From assembly GCF_964355755.1 (NCBI RefSeq), contig NC_092680.1:2542001-2606000 (forward strand): a stretch of 64,000 nucleotides of DNA, read 5' to 3'. The DNA comes from Antedon mediterranea (lineage: Eukaryota; Animalia; Echinodermata). The position numbers and the translations under genes were made by a program. The notes beneath the pieces are model-generated. The model searched no databases, was not told where the DNA came from, and saw only the letters and a list, made by a program, of their open reading frames with translations. Positions 47,401 to 58,731 of the stretch are shown here, piece after piece. The first letter of the stretch is position 1, and the number at the start of each line of letters is the position of its first letter.

Positions 47401-48795
47401 AGTAGATGATACATAATTGCACTGGGTGGAGGTGACCAGGTAAAACAAAAGTAGACGATGCATAATTGCACTGGGTGGAGGTGACCAGGTAAAACAAAAG
47501 TAGATGATACATAATTGCACTGGGTGGAGGTGACCAGGTAAAACAAAAGTAGATGATACATAATTGCACTGGGTGGAGGTGACCAGGTAAAACAAAAGTA
47601 GATGATACATAATTGCACTGGGTGGAGGTGACCAGGTAAATTCTTTCAACCAGTCTATAGCCCTGTCTACACTATCAAAATAGTTTAAAAAAACAAGCAC
47701 GAATGCGATACTCGGGGTACAGCAAAAGAAGCTGTAATGACGTCATAAGACCGGATGTAACGTCACATACACATCAATAACCTTGCTACCAAATACGGCT
47801 ATACGGTACCATCTTCCAGACGTCATATGGCTGCATCCGGTTTGAAATTAAAAAATCCAGCTCTATAGATTTGAGGACATGTCTCTGTAGTATATTCATG
47901 CCAAATCCCAGCTCAATACTACAACGAATAAGTGAGGAGTATACTTTATAAGTCGCACTTTTTACTCAATAGTGTCCAGATGGAGGAGGAGAAAATGAGT
48001 AAGTCTTAGACTCGTGTACCTCGAGTAAAAAAGTGTGATGTTATGGGGTAGTGATATGACATCATCATGTCTATATATGGGCACATCACATTTTTTTTCC
48101 AATTAAAGTTTGATAGTGTAGATAGAGCTTTATATGAACTGATGAATCAACATTACCTTAGTTTTTGTATTGGCTGACACTGGTAATTTTAGTTTTCCTT
48201 TTGATATAAGCATAGCATTGATTTTAGCAGCAGCGGCTGAAGCTGCTTCTAAGCTACTCCCCGATTGGTTGTCCTGTTGATGCTGCATTAACATGTGACT
48301 TGCGTTGGAAGATGGAGTGTCCCACTTGCTCCTACGACGATGTTGGCTAAAATAATAAAAAAAATACAATCATTTATTAAATTGATGAAAAGTGTGATAT
48401 ATCTAGTTAGAAGACAAAACATTTACTATGCCTACAAATGTTATTATCATTATGTTAAATGAGGCAAAAGGTATTGTCCATTTTGACATGATCTGGTGAG
48501 TGAGGTGATTTCTTAGTTACTTCTGTCCACTTCCACTACCATATCATATGCAATTCAAGGGTGTGTAGAAAGCGACGACCTCGAATTGGACGACCCCAAC
48601 GACCTCGAATTGGACCACCCATAACACGAAACCGACGACCCCTATAGGGATGTTATATCACACATAGGCCTAGGCTATAGGGGTAGTCGGTTTCGTGTTA
48701 TGGGTCGTCCAATTCTAGGTCGCCCGGGTCGTCGCTTTCTACACACCCTGCAATTCAAGCATGTCAAATTTCAATCAAACTTACTCAGTGGCCAT
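38462..48795 (-). CDS. KHDC4: KH domain-containing 4, pre-mRNA splicing factor (BLOM7/KIAA0907), about 15 coding exons
   Basis: MATD|QHRRRSKWD (48795-48785, 48346-48157), [26 protein letters not shown] (47360-47250), [35 protein letters not shown]...[27 protein letters not shown]...[19 protein letters not shown]|[33 protein letters not shown] (38462). All match recalled KHDC4 motifs. Confidence 0.93.
43015..43143 (-). ncRNA. Box H/ACA scaRNA, SCARNA4 (ACA26)-like guide for U2 Psi41/Psi39, copy 1
   Basis: Minus strand TGGAGGA-AAAAGAA-GGC...CGCC-GATAC-AA-TCCTCCA, H box AAATTA, second hairpin with GAACA / TACTGC pocket, ACA 3 nt from the end. Guides are complementary to U2 GUAUC-[U41]G-UUCUU and GUAGUA-[U39]C-UGUUC. 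Intronic and sense to KHDC4. Confidence 0.82.
43662..43790 (-). ncRNA. Box H/ACA scaRNA, SCARNA4-like, copy 2
   Basis: Near-identical to copy 1 (about 4 differences, all in the 5' hairpin stems); same H box, ACA box and guide pockets; lies in the adjacent KHDC4 intron. Confidence 0.82.
46871..47044. mobile_element. Degenerate MULE-type MITE
   Basis: 9-bp direct flanks TTTGTGGAC (46862-46870 and 47045-47053); ends TAAAAGTCGT...ACGACGTTTTA. Confidence 0.55.
47393..47637 (+). repeat. 49-bp minisatellite, 5 copies
   Basis: Unit AAAACAAAAGTAGATGATACATAATTGCACTGGGTGGAGGTGACCAGGT, nearly identical copies with no spacers. Confidence 0.95.
47690..48030 (-). mobile_element. Helentron-associated (HINE/DINE-1-like) element nested in a MITE-A copy
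   Basis: Subterminal inverted repeats TACTCGGGGTACA / TGTACCTCGAGTA; minus-strand end ...CTTGTTT; inserted into the A-run of MITE-A 47659-48129. Confidence 0.55.
48559..48748. mobile_element. Mutator-like (MULE) foldback MITE, 190 bp
   Basis: Perfect 10-bp TSD TGCAATTCAA (48549-48558 and 48749-48758); TIR GGGTGTGTAGAAAGCGACGACC...GGTCGTCGCTTTCTACACACCC with long inner arms. Confidence 0.85.
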
Positions 48796-49149
48796 TGTGT
48801 ATCCGCTACTTCACACTACCTGTGTTTAAATTGATTTTCTGTAACATAAAACATTTAAAAAAAATTAATTTATATTTAATTTTAAAATCCACAAATCCGG
48901 CTAGGCCTTAACTATAATATGTCAAACCTGAGAATCTTTTTAATAATCATGGGTTTTCATAAACGTTAGGCGACCTCTCTGAAACGATCCCGATCCCCAA
49001 ACCGCAATGTCTTTGGGCCGAAACGACCTGCTATCAGCCTAGGTCTAGCCTCTAGGCTAGGCCAACCTAACTTAGATAGGCCTAGGCCTATTCAATTTGG
49101 GCAAAAACAGAGAAAATACGTACAAAGCAAAAAATACAATTACCCTTAT

Positions 49150-49779
49150 AAGTTCTCTGTAGCAAAAAGAATATACAGTACTTTGTATGCATTTGGATAC
49201 TAGTATACTAGTTTAATACAGTGGTTTTTGGGTTCAAAATGAGTTTATTTATAGGCCTACTAGCAGGCCTAGAATCTTCTTTTCTTATGTGTCGCGAGCT
49301 GAAAAAAAAGCAAAATGGAAGCGACCCTTGTGTTGACAGAAAAACAGCATTGTTTAAAACGTAGACATAACTTTGCACTTAATTTGATTTCATATATAGT
49401 AGAAGAGTATACATTAATAAATATAAGTGTAACCTAGTATTTTATTGTCTATGATATATATGGATATTATGACATCAATGTCGAACATTAATTAAACGTT
49501 ATTCTGGCAATATTACCAGGTCCTTTAAATAATTTTCAGTCCTGGTGGCAGCAAACATCAAAATAATAAAAATGTGAAATGTGATGGTACACAATAGGAG
49601 ATGGTATATTTGATGGTACAGTACTATTATTATAAAGTACTGTAGGCCTACATACAGTAGTAAAGGCAGCAGCAAGAAGAAGCAACAGGATAATAGGCCT
49701 AGGGCCTAGATAAACTCAAAGGAAGATAGACATTGAAATAAAATCGATATTAGTAGGCTATGAAGCATAGACAAGACGT
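49150..49779. promoter_or_regulatory. Probable bidirectional promoter region of KHDC4 and WDR41
   Basis: Head-to-head genes; minus-strand donor at about 49152 for a non-coding KHDC4 exon; TCGCGA palindrome at about 49292; TAGGCCTA-rich flanks. Confidence 0.55.
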
Positions 49780-52700
49780 ATGGCTCTTTTTTGGAGATCA
49801 AGCCGTACCGAACAGGCAAAAAACAAGGTTGTGAAATGTGTCCCTATTTAGTAGCCTAGCTAGTTATCATATCTTATTTATTTTACTAGACTAGGCTTAC
49901 GGTAGTTTAGATTAGGCCTAAGCCTACAAACAAGTCAGTAGTATACTCTAGTTCAGTGTTAATATTTAGTATTAACTATTATATAACACCTAAATAAATT
50001 CCTGTCATTTAATTAGACGATTGAGGAGTGATGAAGAGACGATGGAGTGCAATAGTTCGCTCTATTTAATGATCGTGTAATAGTACTTTTTTCCATTTTT
50101 TTGTGCACGTAAAAAAAATCTGAACAACATTTCTGTGAAACTCATTTCCAATTTATAAGCTTATACAATTATAAAAAGGCATGATGTGGCCTATTGCTGA
50201 TACCATTATCCATACATTCTCTACTTCATCATGCTTGACAATGATGTTATTATTAATATTATTCATATTATTGTTATTTTTTTCAGAATACCGTACCTAC
50301 AGTAGAAGCCAATCAGCCATTGAATCCTTTTACAGAAATCCAAGTATTTACAGATCATACAGACATTGTGAGACAGATACTGAAAGTTGACGCCACAAGG
50401 TAAATTGCATTTTCTAATGTAAAGCTCTATCTACACTATCAAACTAGTTTGACAACAAATGCATAAATATGGTAGTGATATGACATCATCATGTCAATGG
50501 GCACATCATATTTTTTGTCACATAAAGTTTGATAGTCTAGACGGAGCTTAAACCTACATTTTTTTACAGTCGCTAAACTGAAAATTATATTTCAATTTTT
50601 GTTAATAGATGTGTATCATCTTCTGATGATTGTACAGTTATATTATGGGATGTTGAATTAGGAATTCTGTTCACATTCATCGGACATTCACGACCTGTGA
50701 CCTGTATGTTATACTATGTAAGTGAGAATACAGAGCTATTGGCAACAGGATCGTCTGATAAGACCATAAGAATCTGGAATCTACATACTGGAGAGTGTGT
50801 GCAAACAGTAACTGAACATGCTAGTAATATAAAAGTAAGTGAAACCTATTTTTATTAATATATAGTTCAATGACCTTTCAAAAAAATGATACATTTGATT
50901 TCTAAGTCCATTGTTGTTAAGTTAACACTATATAGATTCTGCGTTGTTGAAAAGGATGGGTCACATGACTATGGAATTTTTAATTATTGTCAATTTACCT
51001 AATACTAAAATTATAACAAGAACCTTGTACGGTATTAACATTTACAGGTAGCAGGTCTTAACTCTACTGCATACTGTGTAACAATCAAGGCTATGGGTGT
51101 GGAGAAAGTATTTAAGGTTTAGCTGTTATAAATAATATACTTCATACTCTATTTTCAGTGTTTAAGCTCTGTCTACACTACCAAACTTTATGTGACAAAC
51201 AAATGTGATGTGCCCATATATGGACATGATGATGTCATATCATTACCATATTTTGGCATATCACTACCATATTTGGGAACATCACACTTTTTTGTCAAAA
51301 TAGTTTGATAGGTGTACAGTATATAGAGCAATCAATGCTATGGGTGTGGAGAAAGTATTACGATTTAGCTGTTATAAATAAAATACTTCAAACTCTATTT
51401 TCAGTGCTTAGTTAGCATTACATCTTCTGAGTTGTTTTGCTCTGCTTCTGAGGAACTGTGTTTATGGGACATTGATTGGAAAATCGTACACAAAATCAAA
51501 CCAAATGAAGATGGTAATCAACCTGTCTATCTATCTTGATAATTATTGTTAATGTTTATATACATCCAATGAAAGGTTACAGTGGTTTAGTCGGTTGTTA
51601 GTTGTTTACTCACCAATCTCATGATCTTGGGTTTTTCGCTCTGACAATGATATAATGATACTAAATTATGATTTTTTTTTTATGATTAGTAAAAAGATAA
51701 ATATTTTTTGGCACATATGGCGTTTCATACGTATAATACTTGAGCTTGTATTTCAGACAAACATCGAAAAGCCTAAAAATAACTACATACTGTATATGAT
51801 TTGTATTTCGACAACCTGAAATGAAAATTAGCAATTTTACTCGATGGCATGATTTTTAACTAAATTACATTTCAGTGCAAATGAATCACCTACTGGTATT
51901 GTCAGATGAAAGACTTGTGGTGTCTGCAGCTACTAAGCTAACATTGTATAAAATAATATTGATTGGCGATGTTTACCGATTACAAATATTGAAGAACTGC
52001 TTGCCCCATCACCGAGAAAACATCAGATGTCTTGTCTCTATCTCAGGTAACCATTCTTGTACTTTTATAAAAACACCCCTGTACCATAATGGACTAGTCT
52101 GCAACCACACCCTCATTATACTTTACCACTTATAACAGTACTCCCTTGATCTATTCCACAGAGCTACTAATATTAGTCTTTATTTTTCTCTTCATAGATA
52201 GCGTTTTTTGCAGTGCTTCTCTAGATGGCGCTATTAGTGTATGGTCAACGCATGCATTAAATTGCACGCAAGAGTTAAATAAATTTGAAGATTACAAAGA
52301 ACATTACAATTTTCCACACAGTGTGCAATATCTTTTACCAATACAAGAGGTATACTTAAAAAATCTAATTATGTTTTGTTTCGCACACTAATTTGACACC
52401 TTATTTAATAGATAATGCATAGTAATAAAGCATTTATATCTGTGAAAATAATTGCGTGCACAGTCTACACCATTTTCACGGTCGGCCGCACCGATAGCCA
52501 CATATGAATTCCTATCTTTCTATTGCTCAGTTCATTATAATTGTGTTTTATTTGTTTTTTTAGCGTTACGTATTTGCTGCAATAGCCAATGGGTTTTCCC
52601 TGTACGATGTCTTTACTGGCAAGTGTTTGGTCAACATGTCCAATGCACATTTTTCTTCTGTTACATCATTGGCAATGATTTATGGAGGGTAAGTAACTGC

Positions 52701-54070
52701 AATTATTGTAGAACTCCTATGAAGGGACCACCTTCAGGATCCAATAAAGTGTCCCTGAATAGCAGTTTGCTGTAGTGAATGTCACTAACATATGATTTTC
52801 CTCATTCATTTCAAAACAAAGTGTTCCTTTAATAGCATTGTCCCAAAGGAGAAAATGTAATATACAGTATAGTACTTTATACAAGTAGATATAGATACAA
52901 GAATAGGCCATTTGATATTTGTATGTAACTAATGACAATTTCAATTTCTGTATATCTGATTTCTTTCGCCTTCTTCTTTCAGTGAATTTTTAGCAAGTTC
53001 TTCCGAAGATGGTACGATACGCCTTTGGGGTTGCAATGAGAAGCACTCTCCAACAACTGAATCAACCTCTGAATTTAAAAAAGAATTAAGTCATTTTTTT
53101 GGCAACAAGTAAGATCTTCATTTAAAGTATTTATTTATTTATTTTATTTGATACACTCTTGTAGAAGAAGATAAAGATGTCCTCTTAATAAGGCTAATGT
53201 ATTTACAACTAATAAAATGATCCTTTTTTTAGTGTACAAAGTAATTCTCCCCCAAAGCAGCCATATCAACCAAGTTTGCTGGGACAGTGCATGGCGCACT
53301 CTGGGGCAATCAACGCGTTTCTGGACTGTGGTCGGGAAGGTCTTGTATCATGTGGAGCTGATTCACTACTTATCATGTGGAAGGTACAGTTAAATACATA
53401 TAGTATGGTAGTGGTTGTATCTTGGTGGCTACCAATCTCATAGTCATGTTAGATTTGTTTTCACATGTTTAACACCCAAAGACTTGTTTTTAGAGTGTAC
53501 TGAATGTTTGGTGGATTGATGGTCACCTAGATATTGGGACACTGGTAACATTTTGAATTGGCAATCTTTAAGCTGTCTACACTATCAAACTTTATCTGAC
53601 AAAAAATGTGATGTGCCTATATATGGACATGATTATGTCATATCACTACCATATTTGGGAATATCACTGCCATACTTGGGCACATCACTTTTTTTGTCAA
53701 AATAGTTTGATAGTGTAGACAGAGCTTTAGCACCATATACATGACACATAAGTATGGTTTATTATCAATCTTTATAGTTACATTATAAATGTTAATTTTG
53801 TCGTTTATTTATCTACTTTATTTACAAAGAAAATAAAATAAGTTGTCATTGTCATTGTCACATTTAAAACTTAAGATTAAAGGAGATGGAATATTTAAAA
53901 GAGTTTAAATTTGTGAAAATCAAATGATATGGAAACTTGTTTTTCTTTGTTTATTTCAGGATGGTATAAGGCAGTCCAGCAAACGAAACAATTTAATACG
54001 AGAAAGTTTGCTTTTAAATGGATGTATCATGGATGAATTGACAGTGAGCTCTGTACATCTAGCATGTTGA
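49780..54070 (+). CDS. WDR41: WD repeat protein 41 (C9orf72-SMCR8 complex subunit), about 10 exons
   Basis: MALFWRSSRTEQAKNK (49780-49827), QPLNPFTEIQVFTDHTDIVRQI (from 50287), SSSDDCTVILWD...GHSRPVT...TGSSDKTIRIWN, HHRENIRCL, AAIANGF...AHFSSV, SSSEDGTIRLW, AHSGAINAF...LVSCGADSLLIMWK|DGIRQS..., stop 54070. Matches the recalled WDR41 motif order. Confidence 0.88.
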
Positions 54071-54239
54071 TTAAACATGGTAGTCTGGTAGCGTAAATTG
54101 TTAAATAAATGTGCGCCTCCATTTAATAAGCGATGGAGTTGAGAATAAAAATATATTATGGTGGTAATACAGGTTCAAATGAAGCCACTAGCGGAAGTTG
54201 TGCACATATAGAGAACTACAATTTGTAGGAAGATCAAGG

Positions 54240-54426
54240 TACAGCACAGAACCCCTAATAGGGGGACACCTTTAGGTAGGAAATGTCCCCTAAATAGGGG
54301 TGTCCCCTAAATGTGGTGTCCCCTTGGCCCTTGTGTTAAAACATACTGTATATTCCTTCTCATCTGTTTCAAAGGAAAGTGTCACCTTAATAGGTGTGTC
54401 CTAAAGGCGTGGTTTTATCCTAATAT
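54240..54426. repeat. Degenerate Tc1/mariner (pogo-like) MITE with GGGGACACC/GGTGTCCCC internal motifs
   Basis: Related decayed copies at about 7200-7332, 52705-52775 and 55110-55207, with TACAG...CTGTA-like ends. Confidence 0.45.
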
Positions 54427-54489
54427 ACGTGTTGCCCTGAAATCGCTGCAGTACATTATTGGATATGTTAATGCACATCTTGTCAGTAC

Positions 54490-54612
54490 CAGTGGCATAA
54501 CGGCTATGAGCCCTCACTGGCTCAAGGGGCCCCAGAGCATGAGCAGTCCAATGCAACTAGACAGTGTTGGAGGGCCCCTTGGGAGTGCTAAACCAGGGGC
54601 CTTACACCACTG
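54490..54612. mobile_element. hAT/P-type MITE (family B), second copy
   Basis: Ends CAGTGGCATAA...TTACACCACTG; 7-bp flanks TCAGTAC; body shared with 11017-11172. Confidence 0.7.
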
Positions 54613-57600
54613 TCAGTACACTGTATTGAAGATGTTGTTTTCCAGTCAGTATTCATTTGTCAATATTTCAATAGTATTCCTTTTTCTAGTAGTATAGTAA
54701 TCTTTGCAATTGTATTTGTATAGTTTGATAGTGTATCTCACACCCACGGCGTGGGTGATTTTATAGTAGCAGTCTTGGGTGATAAAAATAAAATGCATTT
54801 AATGGTTTGAGAAGGGAAAACACCAGTAATTTAAAAAGTAAAAATATATTAGCAAATTTTAGGAATTGTTCAAAATAATGATTCAAAAAAGGGAAATTTT
54901 ACAGTTTTAAATGTATGTTTTAATATGTAAACATTTACATAAATTAAATATGAATAACTGAATATAAAATTACTGCAATACAATGTTGTGTATGCTTCAA
55001 TAATCAGATATGGACTATAATATATTTTGTCTACAGTGTTGTAAAAATAAAAATATGGAATACCGCAAATATATATATATTTCAGTAAAACATTATTGTA
55101 ATATGTGCATTACTGTAGAACATCAATCAAGCAAGGGGACACCTTTGGGACCCAACAAAGTGTTTTCTTAATAGGATGCCCTTTGAATAGGGGTTGACTA
55201 TGCTGTAAAACATATGGTATATTGCCTTTTGTTTAGAAAGAGGGGTTATAATGTTTAGTAATTAGTGCAAAATAGATGAATAAATGTAAAATTATGGTTT
55301 TTTGAAAAAAAAAAAAGATCAAAGACAAATTATGAGATGTTGCACAGATAGTTGGCGATATAATTAAATAAATTATATTGGTAATATTATATTATATAAA
55401 ATAAAATTGTCACAAATTGAGTAAAAAGTAAACAAAACATGTCTCGTCATATATACATATATATTTTATTTGATATGTCCAGAACTCAATACTGTACTGA
55501 TAAAAGCCTAAGCCTGAATTACATTCATACAACCTAAAATGTAGAAACTTTGCTGCACCATATGATTGGGAAGCTTTAAGCTCTGTCTACACTATGTGCC
55601 CAAATATGGTAGTGATATGACATCATTATGTCCATATATGGGCACATCACATTTGTTTGTCACATAAAGTTTGATAGTATAGACAGAGCTTTACAGAGAT
55701 TTGACAACCAGACTTGAAAGACTCCAAGAACCACACATATCAAAAGTTTGTACTATTCTGTAAGCTATATTTTCAAGAAAACTAGATACAGTATTATTAC
55801 TCAGGTCAAAGTTGACCAGTCCATGAACAGCATGGTCATGTATACCTGGTCCCTGTTATGAAAATTTATTTTAAAACCTACTCGATGTAAGGCCAATTTA
55901 CAAGTGGTAAGCGGTAAACAAAAAATATATTTAAATACTGGCAGGGAAAGCGAAACATTAAAAATATTTCCGTTTCTTCTGAGCCAGCTAATGTAGTCTA
56001 AAAAATATAATTGTGAGACTTTATACTGATGTCACCCTAAATGTTGACACAGTTTAAACATAGTGTGGTATACGAAAATAATTACATTATGAATTTCTTT
56101 TTAAATAAATATATTTTACTGTATGTCCAAGGTGATTTTTATATTCAAAAAGTGCAAAAATAATTCTGAAATATCATTTCTAACGCAAGAGACATTCAAT
56201 ATATTCTGTATAGTAGCTGTTACAAGAATTATTTATAAAATAGATCAATTTTAATAACAATGTTTAACACTTGCTTTCATTTACACCCTTGGAATTTTAT
56301 AACTTTTTAAATACAATTATTTCATCCTTAAAGATGAACCCTTCTATAAACTTATTCCCCTTTTACATTATCACCAAAAACACAGAACTTGAAAAAATCC
56401 ATACCAGGCTGTCTAAAGCTCTATGTGCACTATCAAACTAGTTAGACAAAAAAAGTGTGATGCGCCCAAATATGGTAGTGGTATGCCCAAATATGGTAGT
56501 GATATGACATCATGGATAGTGTAAATGGGCGTTAAAGACCAAACAATTGTGCAAACAGCATGTCAGTGAAGTCCTCCAGTTTATTAGTTTTCAGGAGATA
56601 GGTAGTACCCTGAAACCGGAGTCTCAGAATAAAGTGAAAAAAAAACCATTCTCATGTATGATACTCTATTAAAGATTGATTTTGAAAAAGCGTACACTGG
56701 TCCGAATACCGTGGTGTGAATGGGTGTTTTAATCATCGTTCATCTATGTTTTTTTGTGTTAACTAGTTGGAAATTGCCCGGAGAGTTTAGCTCTGTTGAT
56801 AGTTGAAAGTGTAAAAAGGAAATTACATCAAACAACAAGAATTTTTATTGGATATACAGACTTTTGTAACTTTATTTTGATTATTTACAAACATATTATT
56901 TAAATTCTTAAATTTCAAAATAAGAAAAAATATCCATATTGTTTCTTAAATAGCAATATATAAAAATAATATAAATTTCATATCAGAAATAAAAAGTTTC
57001 ATATCAGAGGGATATGTTTATCTTTAAATACTATCTATTTAACAGCTATCAAAGGAATACACCTCTTATTTTGAGTTGTATAGTTGATTTCTAACAAATT
57101 CTCTTCTAATTTTTACTATATAAATCATCAATAAATAAGTTCTCACAATTTTAGAACTGAATTATCTGGATTTTAATAAATCAACTCAAATTAATTATGT
57201 ATATGTATGACATTACATGCAAATTGTTCCACAATTCAAACATCTTAAAGCTCTGTCTACACTATCAAACTTTATGTGCCAAAAAAAAATGTGATGTGCC
57301 CATATATGGACATGATGATTTCACATCACTACAATATTTAGGTATATCACTACTATATTTGGGCACATTACACTTTTTTTAGTCAAACTAGTTTGATAGT
57401 GTAGATGGAGCTTTAAACATCATCTAGATTATTTTAAAATGGAGTCATAATTAAAATTCTGTTTATCAACTCTACAAAAATACCAGTAATATTTCCTTTT
57501 TATAATCCCAAAACTTCTTAATTTATAATTTAAACTATACACTATACACACACTATATAAATACACTAACATGAATCAAGTTCTTCTCTTTCCAACTCCA

Positions 57601-58731
57601 AGTTACAAATGTTTTTGCTTGAAAAGACGTCTAATACATCTTTATAATTCTTTTAAAGTTAATTCATTTGAAAAAAAAAACATGAAAATATTCATCATTT
57701 TGTATAAAAAAGCAATTCTGTAACAGTATTAAAAAAAAAAAATATTATTAATAATAATAATAAATAAAAATAAGTCTTTATATTAAAAGATTTCCTGGTT
57801 TGTGTTATTCAAGCAATATCTGCAACAAACAATCTTGATATCTTGTAGCTTGGACCCGCAAAACTATACTATAAAAATATGCAACACTGCGCATAACTTT
57901 GTAAATAATTGTTCCCAATATTGAAAACTATCCCCTTATTATCCATGCAAACATCCATAGAACAATATTTCAAATAATTTTCTTTTGCTTAAAATAGAGC
58001 AAAAAAATGAATAGGATTTAGTCTATAACTTTTATTCTTTAAAATATCATAGCAAAGATAATGTTTATGAAAAAAATAAACATAAATATAATTATTATAA
58101 AATAGCACCTGAATCAAAAAAATTCATAAAAAAAAAAAATTATCAACTTATGAAAATTGAAGTCTTTACTGAAAAAAAAAACACCAATTTCTACTAAAAA
58201 CCCATGGTTTGTCGTTTACTATATGGAAATGCCAACATTAGTTTTAAATTATATTATTCATTTCTACTGTATATATGTATAGGCCTATGTATAAAGTGCT
58301 TTAGTCTTCAAGTCTGAAGTTTGCACTAAATTGGAAGAAGAAGGCCTACTGAGATAGTTTTTAAAAAGTATTGAATAGTAGAAAAAGAAAGAAAAAAAAT
58401 CACATGTTTGCATGAAAACTAAATAAATGTGACAGTTGTTTCCCCACAAAATCATTTAAATTACATAGTTATACAGTTTATTTATGTAGGAATTAATCTT
58501 AACTAAACCATTGTTGATTCTACCAATATCATACTCTCTGACAACCGAAAAAAAAAACCTCTCCCAAAACCGGACGTTTGGTATACCAGAATTTCTGGAC
58601 AAAAATCCTCACAATTGTTCAATACATAAGCATATCTTCTTAATTCAATTAAAACAAATGTACAGCTACATATTATACATTCCTGGAAATGGAATCACAA
58701 GTTCAACAATTTCTTTTTGAGTAAACAACAA

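Noticed and set aside
47393-47637. Regular repeats (also 3029-3238 and 61865-62668) as CRISPR arrays
   Set aside because: Head-to-tail units without unique spacers, no cas genes, eukaryotic introns.
57245-57416. MITE-A as a non-autonomous derivative of the Kolobok (this copy is flanked by TTAA and ends AG...CT)
   Set aside because: Most other copies show 3-bp TAA or TTA flanks, and the TIR shares nothing with the Kolobok TIR beyond AG.
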